Positions 13,301-25,722 of a stretch of 59,783 nt of DNA are shown here, one piece after another. Made by a program: the position numbers and the translations under genes. Each line of letters begins with the position of its first letter. Positions within the stretch are counted from its first letter, which is position 1. The notes under the pieces are model-generated. The model was not told where the DNA came from and did no database searches. It saw only the letters and a list, made by a program, of their open reading frames with translations. Origin of the DNA: Tubiluchus corallicola (lineage: Eukaryota; Animalia; Priapulida); NCBI GenBank assembly GCA_030141605.1, contig JAQGDQ010001140.1, positions 1 through 59,783 of the forward strand, read 5' to 3'.

Positions 13301-16300
13301 TAGAAAACTTTAGGAGTTATATAGGCCTTTAAAGTCTGTTGCTTTTGCTTTTCAGTAATTGGCTGTGCAGCTTACTGGGGTATTGGTTACTCGTTTGCTT
13401 TTGGTGAAGGCAATTCATTCATTGGCTACCAGTACTTCTTCAGTGGGTTAAATGGGAAACTTCCGGACACGGATTATTCCCTGTGGTTGTTTCACTACGT
13501 GTTTGCGGCCACTGCGGCAACGATAGTGTCTGGATCGGTGGCGGAGAGGTGCGAGTTCGCCGCTTATTTTATCTACAGTTTTGTCATCACCGGTAAGTAG
13601 GCCACAAACGGCAAAAAAATCTGTCTGCAACAAACTGCGTGACGCCAGCCGTCTCTCAGAAAATTTGCACGCTCACGGCAACTTTTGTATGTTTGTGTAA
13701 AGTAACTGCGTCATAGGCAATCACAGTAAAAGGAGGTTAAGTTATTCAAGTAAAACTCTTTTCTGTACAACTTGTGCGTTAAACGATGCACCTTTAGAAT
13801 CGTTCACTAAACCTACGTGTGTTTCACTTTGGAGAAACTAGCTTGAGTAAAACCAAGTGCGTGTGTCCTATTAAGCAGATTTTACACACACGCACGCACG
13901 CACGCACGCGCACACACACACATACATGCATGCCTGTTAGCTAGTTAGTTTGTTTATTGATTATAAATCTACATATTTCGAGACTAATGCACTGTAACAA
14001 TGAGTAACCAGAAAAAACTATAGTCTAAAAGGACATTACCAAAATGACACATCGGGAACAACAAAGATAATGTAAGTACAATGTGCCATATAGTTAAGTA
14101 TAAAAATTTTCTTCCTATGAGCAGAGTATTACTGTAGAAAGTACGATGCAATACATAGCAAGTCAGCGAATAATCTCTAATCGTGTATAGGTAGAAACTT
14201 TATGATATGATTAATTTTTGCTTGACGAAAGACAATTTTGCTTAGACTCAAAATAACATTACGCAGTCCGCATATAACTTCAATACTTAATAACAGATTT
14301 TAAACATGAGTTTATTTTCAAATACATCAATAATATTAGAAAAATTACACCCATACACACACGTACGCACGCATGTATGCAGGCACGCGCACACACATTA
14401 CTCTTATAAGTAGTATAGTAATATCGTATGACAACATGTGATTAAACTATTCTTTCTATTGGTCTCAACTGGTTTTGTGAGATGTAAATTGTTCCAATTG
14501 TACCGAGCGTGTACACAGCAAAATTCTGTGTATGGCAATGTTGGAAAAACAACGTTTATCGAGCGTGCAAACGAGCAAAACTATGTCAGACAAGTTGTTA
14601 CCTACAGAATTTGCCTCGTGTGCTGCCTTTATGAAGCCCATAGATAAATTTTAGATTTATGTCGCAATAGTTGTTCATAATATATGCAATGTTTAAATTA
14701 AATGCAAATTCTATTAAAACTACAATTCGTTGTAAGCTTTAGTTAAATTTAGATCATTTATTTTTTATTTATTTGATTTTTTTAGTAATAATAATTTGTT
14801 TTTGGATTATATGCATGCTTAACTTTATATAACTATATATAGTTAACTAACCATAACTATATTAGTATAATGTAGTGTAGTGTAGTGTCTTAGGGTAGGG
14901 CAGGTTAGGCTAGGATAGGGTGTGGTAGGGTAGGACAGGGTAGCACAGGGCAGGGCGGGGCAGGGCAGGGCAAGGTAGGTTAGAGTAGAGCAGAGTAGGG
15001 TAGTGCAGAGTAGAGCAGAGAATAGTATAGTATAGTATGGTATGGTATGGTATGGTATGGTATGGTATGGTATGGTATGGTATGGTATGGTATGGTACGG
15101 TATGGTATGGTACGGTATGGTATAGTATAGTATAGTATGGTATAGTATAGTATAGTATAGTATAGTATAGTATAGTATAGTATAGTATAGTATAGTATAG
15201 TATAGTATAGTATAGTATAGTATAGTATAGTATAGTATAGCATAGCATAGCATAGCATAGCATAGTATAGTATAGTATAGTATAGTATAGTATAGTATAG
15301 TATAGTATAGTATAGTATAGTATAGTATAGTATAGTATAGTATAGTATAGTATAGTATAGTACAGTATAGTACAGTATAGTATAGTATAGTATAGTATAG
15401 TACAGTACAGTACAGTACAGTACAGTACAGTACAGTACAGTACAGTACAGTACAGTACAGTACAGTACAGTACAGTACAGTACAGTACAGTACAGTACAG
15501 TACAGTATAGTATAGCATAGCATAGCATAGCATAGAATAGTAAAGCATAATATAGCATAGTATAATATAGCATAGCATAGCATAGCATAGTATAGTATAG
15601 TATGGTATAGTATGGTATGGTATGGTATGGTATGGTATGGCATGGCATGGCATGGCATGGCATGGCATGGTATGGTATAGATAGATAGTAGCATAATATA
15701 GTAGTATATATAGATAGATAAAATAAATGATGATGATGATATATGTATGGTATGGTATGGTATGGTATGGTATGGTATGGTATGGTATGGTATGGTATGG
15801 CATGGCATTGTATGGTATGGTATGGTATAGTATATTATAGTATAGCATAGCATAGCATAGCATAGCATAGCATAGCATAGCATAGCATAGCATAGCATAG
15901 TATAGTATTGTATAGTATAGTATAGTGTGGTTTGGTATGGTATGGTATGGTATGGTATGGTATGGTATGGTATGGTATGGTATGGTATGGTATGGTATGG
16001 TATGGTATGGTATGGTATAGTATAGTATAGTATAGTGTAGCATACCATGGTATAGCATTTCATTACTGTAAAAGGCGACATTATAATAAGCGTTATTTTG
16101 ACAATAACAAGGTAACAATATTACAATAACATACACTTTCATATATGTTATTATGATGTTGTTATCAATTGCAATTATCAATTGTATTTATAATTATTTG
16201 CAGTGCTATGGAAGCATATGAAACACAAAGCCGATTGTCGTTATTCTGTTCGTTAATAAGTATTTACTCTCAATAGGCTTCGTTTACCCGGTAGTAACTC

Positions 16301-19300
16301 ACTGGGCGTGGTCGTCTGGAGGATGGCTGGCGCAAGGTATCAGGGATGGTGACGTCACATTTGCAGACTTTGCTGGAAGTGCTGTGGTACATCTGCTCGG
16401 TGGGATATCAGCACTGGTAGGGGCCGCGATGCTGGGTCCCCGACTCGGCCGCTTCAGGGAAGATGGGACGCCGCAGAGCTTAAAGGGTCATTCAGTACCG
16501 GTATAACTGTTTGATTGTTAGCATCTCAGAGCAACTGTGTTTCTCAAGAAAATAGGATTAGCATCGAGAGAAATAGCTGAGTTGCAATAGTGCATGTTTG
16601 TCTGCAAAGTTAAGTAAGACCAGGTCTGCTTACTAAATCTATAGGTGACTTCTAGGAAAATTTGCTTGGCTGTCAGGGTCTGCCATACCCTCCCACTATT
16701 TCTTTGTTAAGGGGATTATATTCAACACCCTAACATGGCTACGACATCTCTACTGGGTCGATGTGCCATCTCAGACATTATCTTTAATAATGAACAAGAT
16801 TCCGGTCCAGCCATAACCATCTGCATTAAGTAGACGATGCCGTTGAGTGATGGATCCCTGTATGAAAATAAGGCCTACATTTCATGTTGTCCAGAAGCTT
16901 ATTAGAAGAATAAAGCTGTGCAAAATTAAATCAGTAAAACAATGTGAAAAATTGTTTCCCTAAATTTTTCCGTCATTTTTTTAAGATGTGTGTTGCAAAA
17001 TCTTCTAAATAACAAACAAACCACTGAATAATCACGCTGTTTAAGTTATTTAGCTGACTAGATAAACGGTAGGCAGTTAATCTTGTTTAAAAAATATGCA
17101 AATGAACGGAAAGTGCTTAAACGGGGAAGGGGTGTTCCTAAGGGATTTTTATTGTTCAGGTGAATGACAATGACACATATGAGCACTCTTTGACAGTGAA
17201 GGCTGAAAATTATTGAAGCTATGTAGATCTAATATTCATTTTATATACTGCAATGCCAAGTTTCGTTTATTTTTAGCTGACCGCCTTGGGTGGCTTCATT
17301 CTCTTATTGGGCTTCTTAGCGTTCAACGGAGGATCCCAGGCCAGCATGTCACAGCCCGGTGACGGAGAAGCTGTATCACTTGCAATGGTAAGAATATTGG
17401 TTATGGTCCTTTGTTGTAATAAATGCTAGGCGTATTAGGTTAAGATAACTTCAGAAGTGGTGGCATTAGTGTATGCTGACTGGTTTATTTCTCTTGCATT
17501 TTAGTTTGTTATTAAATTATCGCTCCAGTGGATTGAGGCTTGCACCAGAAACAATGAACCAAAAAGATTCATTTTATCAGTGAGCGCTAGCGTCGCTGAT
17601 CTAGGAGAAACCGTATTTCGATTTATTCATCATTTTATCATATTTGGTATCCACTTTTCCATTTTTAATTCATGCTAACTGACCAACGAAGAGGCCAATT
17701 GCCACGAAGTATTTACAAGATAGGCACCTGCGGTAGGGCCCTTACAAATGGTGTAGTGTACGGTGATCCTAGTCAAAAGGTCAAAGACACTGGGTAGTGG
17801 TAAGTCTTTCGATTGTCATTCAAGGGCTTTGAGTTAAATGCGGTTTTTATAAGTATTCAGGTATTGTGGGTTAAAGATCTACAACCATACTCGACCAGGT
17901 ATAATCAGGTGTAAACAAGATCATGGCGTTATGCTTGCGGGTTTGGTTCTGAATTCATTCAGTCTTGCGTTACTATCAGTGGTAATCATACTACTTAGTT
18001 TAAAATTTGTACCTGTAACAATGATTGCGTACCAACCGTGTTACGACCAGTAGTGATGGTACTTACCCTTGGTTTGGGATTGCCAGTGGCAACAATGATT
18101 GTGAGTACAACTTGTTAGTACCAGTGATGATGACACTGTTCTTTGGATTGGGAGTTGTTAACTGGCATTAATGATTGTGAGTTCACTCTGTTGCTACCAG
18201 TGGTAATAGCACAGTTGCTTAATTTGGAGATTGTCGTTGACAGCAATAATTGTAGCTTTAACTTGTTGCTAGCAACAATGATTGCGTGTTCACCCTGCCA
18301 CTAGCTTAGTTCGAAATTTGTCGTTGGCAATAAATGATTTTGGGCTGACTGTTCCTAGTAATAGTGGCGGCATTGTTGATTGTACTAGTGATTGTACCTG
18401 GCAATAATAATTGTGGTGTTAACAAGTTCGTTTTGACTGTGCCAGTATTAGTGGCTCTCCTTTGGTGATTGTGATGCCAATAGATTAGCTAATGTTTTAG
18501 CTTTGTTATTGAAGAAGGATCATGATGCTGGCCATGACAGTGGTGTTAATTAGGATGGGTCTTATTACTGGTAATTGTAATTGCAGGCATTGATTAATTT
18601 AAACAATTTTTAGTCTTGCTGATTATGGCATTGGTTGTTCTAGACATATTGTAACTACTGGTGACCAATTGTTACTAGTTCTAGTTATTGTTTAAATTAT
18701 CCTGCAATGGTGATTATAAAGTTGTCTGTTGGCGTCACTCGACCACATACGAATGTAAAATTATTATAGAAGTCGTTTCATTTTACAACTCTGACGCTAA
18801 CTGGTGAAAATAGATGCTATAAACCAGACTGAGAATGTTAATAAAGTCAACTTCTTTGTCAACACAATCTCCAAACTAAGCAGTTGTACTACTACTATTG
18901 GTATTATAAACTTGTTAGCACCACAGTAATATTGGCAGTGGTGCCATCACCAGCTGCAGTAGCATCAATACTGGCAATAACAGGGCCAACTCGTAATTGT
19001 TGTTGCTAATGGCAACACCCAAATCAAGCATCGGTACCACCAACACTTGTAGAAACAAGCTGAAGTTAATATTGTTATTACCAGTGACAATTGACAATTC
19101 CCAAACTAAGGAGGAGTTACCAAATTTCATGTTCTATATAACCCCAACAGACATTGAAGTTTTTTAATGCATTATTATGATTACATAAAGAATTTTTAGT
19201 TATTATTAAACGAAAGAAGGTTAGAAATTAAATAACTTGCCTTTTTCTGGCGAATTTCGAACGCGTGTATTGCGGTAAAGATCGCTCACGTTTCCCGTCT

Positions 19301-21152
19301 TTGGGGCGAATAAGCGAGAATGACACACGTAGTGCAGAAAAGGCCTTTGGTTACCGATGTTTGGTGCCCTAGTGATTGTACTCATAACGTCATTTGTCTC
19401 GGGCAACAAAAAATGGCGGCTCTTCAAATTTAATACTCTTAACAATGACTGATAAAAAAATCAAAAAGAAAACAAGTTTTTCAGTAAGTTTATAATAAAA
19501 AATTGCGAGGGTTCAGTTTGGACTTTAAGTTTTGTTGACTGCTGTCTGTATGCCAAATAAAAATCTGCTTTCTACAATTCCGTTTTTTAACTGCAGGTAA
19601 ATACAATGATTGGTTGCAGTTTCGCAGCATTTACCGGACTTTTTTTCAACAGAATAATGGGAAGTGGACAGTGGAGTTTCTTGATTACAATGAATGCAGC
19701 TCTGACTGGAATGGTAGGCAACGTTAAGCGTGAAATTAGATTATCATATTTTCTCATTCGTCTTTGTGTGAGGGAAGACCTCACCTTGAAAGGGGTTTTC
19801 TGTAGTTCAAGGTAGTTGTTTCGGATTAAGTATAATATACAGACTAGAATAGTTCATTGATGACCTCAGTAATGGGTTCATTCATTAGTTCCGTAGTACA
19901 TTGATGTCCTCAATGCGTTTACACAAAATGATTCAAAAGTCTTTCACTTTTCTGTGATTTTCAATTTTCTTTGCAGCTAATCGATGGTCGACATTCATGT
20001 TATGGCAACTCTCAGTTGCTTACTCATTTACAATATTGTGTCGTTTTCCTTTGTTACAATGCTGCTCTAGATTCAGAGGTGTAAAATCGCTGCGTGGCGG
20101 AAGGTTTTCACTTTGTGACCGAAGCCGTGCAGTTTTGCTGATAGTTTGACGGCAACGGAACGCAAAATCAGAATTTGACCCTTATTTTTGAATATTAATA
20201 ATTCATTTTTAATAGTAATAACTTATAAGGTATTTTTTAACATTAATAAATGAATTATGAATATTCAAAATTAATTTATTAATACCAAAATATCATTGAA
20301 AAATTACTTATTATTTATTAATTTACTCATTAATATTCATAACTGTTTATTAAAAACGCATTAAATTTCACGTCGGCGTTCCATAGGTGGCACCACAATC
20401 TTCACACATTGTAGAGTCTCCAACCAAATTGTAAATTGGTTGCCGTTGTATTAAATTAATGCGGGACTTTCGACACCCACTATATAATGATTATTGTGAC
20501 GCCGTGAATTGTTTTGTTGTTTTTATTAGGTTTCCATGTGTGCTGGCTGCAACGTTTACTACCCCTGGGCAGCCGCTGTGGTTGGTACTATTGCTGGTTT
20601 AGCTTATGTTTGCTGGAGTCTGTTTGTTCTTTATGTCCTGCGTGTAGATGACGCTCTAGACGCCATAGCTGGTAAATGTCGTCAACGTTATTCAAGCTGT
20701 CAACTTTTATCAGTACAATGACGCGATGGCACGAAACAAAGAATTACATATGTTGTTCAATCTTCTCAAGAGATGCAGCATAAGTAAAGAGATTGTCATG
20801 CTCAGTATGCCTAATAGTAGTCTTCAATTCCAAGTTTTTACATGAATTTTAAGCGATTCATTATTATGTGGGTTGGTTGAACAAATCCACAATGGAATTT
20901 CAACCTTGTTTGCAACCCGTCCTTTTTTATCTCGCTGTGGTATCTTCCTCTGCCCTCTCTTCCTCTTCCTCTTTTTCTCCCTCCCCCTCTCTGTCTCTTC
21001 CTCGCCTTCTCTCTCTTTCTCTTCTCTTCTCTTTCAACGATACCAAAAAGTGCTATCTTATAACATAAGAAATGGGAGCGGTCAAAGGTCAGCTATCACA
21101 CTATCGTACTAGTTTAATTAATTGACACTCTCTTCCCCTCTCTCTCTTCATT

Positions 21153-21248
<96 letters not shown>

Positions 21249-24200
21249 GCACGCACGCACGCGCACACACGCACGCACGCACGCACACACACACACACAC
21301 AACACACACACACACTCTCTCTTTCTCTCTCTCTGTCTCTAGAAATATTTGAAAAATATTAAATGGGCAACACGTTGTTTACGGTTTACTAATAGCCTAC
21401 CTTTCTGTGAGAGCAGTTAACTTAGTTATTTATTTTGTTACCATAGAAATTGGTTTGTTGTCTATTTGCAGTGCATGCTGGAGGTGGATTCTGGGGCGTT
21501 CTTGCAGTCCCTATATTCAGATTTGATGGCGGAATAGTCTACACTGGAAGCAAACTAGCATTCTTGGTAAGGAGCAATGTGCAATGTATAAAAATAGCCT
21601 ACTCACACTGAAACTGTTAATTCTGAACAGAGGGTTTAAAGGCTTTGAGCCAAAGGGGAAATTAAACAAAAATCATCCTCGCACAAAAGGTGATTAATAA
21701 TCGTTATCACTTGGTAGTAACGCAATTCTTTCAGGTTGACTTGCACATCACTATGAAAAGATTGTCCTACGATGGATATTCATTCAAATATTGTTAATTT
21801 TGTAATGTAATTCCCTGTATTTTGTAGTGGCAATAAACAAACAAACAAAGTAATTAACTATACTGTAAAGAAATATACCCGTTACCAAAAGTAACTAAAA
21901 GTCTGTGTATTTGCCTCGGTGGACGCAGTGCTCTACGCAGTGTACTAGTTGTTTCTACGTTGTGTGAGAGCGGTTCAGTTAAATAATATGGTGTGAATAA
22001 GGCTTAAGTATTCAGTTTGAGTGAAACTTTTTTTAGTTTTGCTAGATATGTATCTGACTCTTAAGCTTTGTAACAGCACACCGATTACTGTATCACAACA
22101 TTAATAAATGGTAATTAACCAGTAAGATCCCAACGTTCTTTAGACAACGTTACCATGAGACTGGTGGCGTTCTTGAACGAAATTGCACATTTTACCCCAA
22201 TTGAAGCTCTTGTTGATTTAATACTTTGAAGTGCAAGCAAACACTCTTCACAAATAAACCTTAAAAAAGTTGTATTGAAATTTTATATCACTTACATGCT
22301 GTCTTGTTGCTTTAGCTGCTTTAGCAGGATTACTACATGCATATAAAAAAACTTGTAAATTTAAACTTCCGCGATGACCGTTAGGTGCAGCCATTTTAAC
22401 AGTAAGCCGCTTGGAAAATAGCACATTCGTAGCACACTCTTCGCCAACTAAACAAAAGTTTTAATTACTTTATATTGTCAGTAAGATCGGTAATATGTTT
22501 TCAGGTGAAACCCAGTGCTGCACACTGGATGGCGATGCAGTGCCATTTTACCATATGACAAAATATTTAAAATTATTAAGAATTTTGTTTTCCAGTTACA
22601 TGTTTGTCTTTCAAACAGGTAAGCGTAACGCTAAGCAATATAACTTTGTATGAAAAAAATTTTTGGGATATACTTTAAAAATTCCCTTTTCTTCGCCTTT
22701 AAGCTTACCCTCATTTTTCTATGATTGTAGGGTTTTGCGTGGAATCTTGTTGGTGCTGTAGCCATCGCTGCCTGGTCTTCAGCCGTGTGTCTAATTATGT
22801 TTGGTGCATTACGTTTTGCTAACTTACTTCGTGTAAACAGAGATGTGGAAATGCGAGGTGAGGCTAAGTCTATGTCAAATTTAACACTTTTAGTATACGT
22901 GTTTAAATAACTGCTACATAATGTGTATAACAGTCGTGTTTTTGTAGAAGATCTTTAACCTGTTTTAATTAGTTTAGTTTAGTTTAGTACGCATTCTTTA
23001 TTTAAAAATATTAAAAATATTTATAAAAAAATATAAAAGGTGGAAACAAGAAAAACGTATTTACAGCACAGAATAAAATTTTACAGAAACAAGGATAATT
23101 AAAAGATTGCGGGTAAAAGCGCAAAGGTCTAAGGCTACTTAAGGAAACTTAAGGAGTCGATTCCAGATTTTACTTTTTCCGTTTGAATAAAAGTTTTAAA
23201 ACAATCAAGTCGGCAGTGAGTAGGCTGTAATTGAAAAAGCTGTGACCCCTTGTTACATTAGATGAAGGTGCTTTACTAAAAAATACATCTTTGTCTATAG
23301 CACTGTCTCCATGTAATATACAGCAACGCATAGTCAAATCACAGTGTATTTGACGAAAACTGCACCTAGCAAATAATCTGCGAGTGTAGTATCGCTGAAC
23401 ATTTTCAACCGAATCAATCCAAGTTGAAGTATCTTAAACGTTCCAACCTTTCCGTTTTAAACTTAGGGAAACGATGCTTCAAAATTAGCTGTTGTTTAAT
23501 TGATGCACAATTTTCGTTTTAGCCCCTTATCCTAGAGTGACATTGGCTTTTTTTGGGCAATTTGCATTTTTGAGGCTTGTGACCTGGCTGTACTGTATTG
23601 TACTGTACCATTGCATTCTGTATATTACTGTATTATGGTCTGTTCTAAACGGTACACGAGCTTATGTTAATTGTTCATCTAAAAGATTATTAATTATTAT
23701 TATTATTGTTATTATTACGTAGAAAGTATTTTTTATTCTTCTTTGTGTATTACACGGTATTGCATTACTAGTATAGCATCCTAACTTTGCTTTGCTTCAG
23801 GCTTGGACATAGTAAAACATGGAGAACCTGCGTACCCCATTGATCCTTTAGAAAATGAGCTACCAGCCTTAAACCAGACAGCTACTACAATGCTGGCTAA
23901 GAGCATTCTTCTCATAGGTGGCGCTCCCTTCCAGCCAAGCAGTTCTTCGACTGACCTCACTGTGACAAATAGTACGCATACATTATCAACTTCGTTATCA
24001 TGTAGTAGCATAGTATACTAGTATAATTTTTAACTTATTTTAATTTAAGAATTATACTAAGAAGTAGTTTTGTTGTTTAATACTAAGTTTATTATTTAGT
24101 ACTAATACTGAGTTAATTTCATACCAAATGAAAAGTGTACAATATACATTAAAATATATACATATACATATACACATATACAGCATGTAGAAACACACTA

Positions 24201-24834
24201 TGCATATTAAAATAAGTACACGCATAAAATGCGACGTAATAATGAGTGGCGGTGTTGGGGAGACAAAAAGAGGGAACGCTTCTTACATGTACCTGTTAAA
24301 TACTGAGAACTCATTCTGATGTAAATGATTTAATCGCCGTTTAAAAAGATTTGCATTTCGAGTTTTTACCAATGGTGCATTTACAATTTCTGGTAAACTG
24401 TTTCCAAATCGGAGCAATCCTGTTGGGAAAAAGTCAGTAATTGGTTTAGCATATCGCCTGATAACCAGTTTAAGTGAGTTACGTAAAAAACAGAGCCCAC
24501 CCGTGTTACGGATGATATTTTGGACGCTATTTTGGAGGCCAGATTGTAGGAGGCGGTGATTTAAACCAACATTAGCCTAAAACTTTCCTGCTGCCATGCT
24601 AGTTCTTAATACCTGTTATGCTACATCTTGGACGACTATATGCAGTAGAAGGTCCAAGAAAGTGCTTTTTGGTAGCTATTTTTGCCGCCGGGAGGGTCTG
24701 TGTCGTAAATGGACATTAGACTAAAACCTTCCCAGTGTTATGCTGGTTTTTATAGAACATCACGTTTGGGGATACGCTGTAGCATGTGTGCGTGCAGAAG
24801 TAACAAGCGGATAGACGGACTGAAGGACGGACTA

Positions 24835-24868
<34 letters not shown>

Positions 24869-25186
24869 AGTCAGACAAATTTTCATCTTTATTATATAGA
24901 TTTCACACTTGCTTATGCTACTGGTCTTTAGAAAATAAGATATTCACAGGAAAAAGAAAAACTAGGCAAAAACGACACCCATTTTTGCAAAATTACTTCT
25001 TAGTCTAAGTTTTGATTTAAGGTATCAAATAGAAAAAGTTGTCACACATAAACTTTATCATTCAACTTTTTTTCAGAAGTGAGACAAAGGAAGGCAGTAG
25101 AAGTAAATCACGCTTACGTGAAAGATGAAGAGGCAAATTTTGACGCACAGCGCATGCGCGCACTAGACGACATTACGCGGTTCTAA
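7389..25186 (+). CDS. Amt: Ammonium transporter (Amt/Mep family), 11 coding exons, 523 aa
   Basis: Exons 7389-7536, 8553-8642, 13356-13592, 16277-16500, 17277-17387, 19597-19713, 20530-20671, 21472-21566, 22731-22857, 23801-23971 and 25077-25186. All have GT-AG ends and compatible phases (1572 nt in total). Motifs: MQAGFAFLECGAVRSKN, FAATAATIVSGSVAER, YPVVTHWAW, DFAGSAVVH (first pore His), LGPRLGRF, FNGGS, DDALDAIAVH (second pore His), GLDIVKHGEPAY. The last exon is less certain than the others. Confidence 0.95.
11031..12400 (-). mobile_element. Decayed, 5'-truncated non-LTR retrotransposon (L2/CR1-group-like RT) in Amt intron 2
   Basis: Frameshifted RT motifs NNYRPIALSTIFSKVLE, NQFGFK, CFVDTSKAFDRVN, NGVRQDGILS and HLMYADD. 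The 3' end on the minus strand is AATAAAA followed by a (TTAC)n tail. Confidence 0.9.
11221..11320. mobile_element. About 100-bp hairpin MITE inside the LINE 3' region (Harbinger-like termini)
   Basis: GGTTTCACAAAGCCGTCAC...GTGACGGCTTTGTGAAACC is a perfect inverted repeat. The superfamily assignment is tentative. Confidence 0.6.
12690..13092 (+). mobile_element. 3' fragment of an RTE-clade LINE
   Basis: Translates, with frameshifts and a stop, to DAFQ..ILGIKWPKKISNKDLYEK..IKRRRLR*IGHMLRLPDDVPVKTALQ, typical of the RTE ORF C-terminus. It ends in a short GATG/GGAT repeat tail. Confidence 0.8.
13093..13310 (-). mobile_element. Partial copy 1 of a ~450-bp dispersed repeat (Kolobok-like MITE family)
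   Basis: The reverse complement matches the copies at 19136, 35159 and 42938 (AATGCATTATTATG..AAAGAATTCATAGTTATTATTAAAC..GAATGAC..TTGGTTACC). Confidence 0.8.
14864..16045. repeat. About 1.2-kb compound pentanucleotide array (TATAG/TATGG/CATAG/TACAG/CATGG) in Amt intron 3
   Basis: Read directly. It accounts for the spurious 412-, 423- and 227-aa ORFs. Confidence 0.98.
17965..19130. repeat. Degenerate ~75-bp tandem repeat plus an inverted block, in Amt intron 5
   Basis: AATGATTG/AATAATTG anchors at about 18020, 18094, 18170 and 18245. The segment 18860-19130 carries reverse-complement units (e.g. CAATCTCCAAACTAAGCA vs TGCTTAATTTGGAGATTG). Confidence 0.65.
19136..19528 (+). mobile_element. Copy 2 of the Kolobok-like MITE family
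   Basis: Collinear with 35159-35579 and 42938-43408. Ends GGTTCAGTTTGGACTTTAA. Confidence 0.8.
21153..21340. repeat. (CT)n/(CA)n/(CGCA)n microsatellite
   Basis: Read directly. Confidence 0.97.
24490..24900 (-). mobile_element. Non-autonomous Helitron-like element with an internal (GACA)n microsatellite
   Basis: The minus strand begins TCTATATAATAAAGATGAAA at 24900 (Helitron-type 5' TC end) and is followed by (TGTC)n. The other end is degenerate, so the left boundary is approximate. Confidence 0.5.
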
Positions 25187-25565
25187 TTATTAAAACAAGA
25201 ACGAAAAATTCAAGTTCATTTAATAGACTAGACGAATTTTCAAAATAGGTGGAACCCTAGAATGGTTTTTAGATCAATTTTACAAGAAAGGCAAAATATA
25301 TATCAGTGTGAGATTAAAACTAAAACTTAATAATTATGCATTCTGATACTACATTTTAGAACCCTCGAGCTCATTGGTACCGGTTACTGATAACAGCAGT
25401 GTAATGTGTAATATAAAGTCTAATATATTCAATGCACGTTTACAACATGTATTACTGTAATTACAGGTTCACTTGTTTTTATCTTAACCGTAGTTTAATT
25501 TTACTGTAAAACTATTGCTAACAACAGTTTTCTATAGTGATTGTAACATCATGCAATAAAGGAAT

Positions 25566-25722
<157 letters not shown>

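Noticed and set aside
14843-16181. Long ORFs of 412, 423 and 227 aa (YTILY/HTIPY repeats)
   Set aside because: Translations of a pentanucleotide microsatellite that lacks stops on one strand.
20074-20482. Possible CAGAGGTGT-ended DNA transposon (similar start at 42686)
   Set aside because: The TIR match is weak and no TSD was found.
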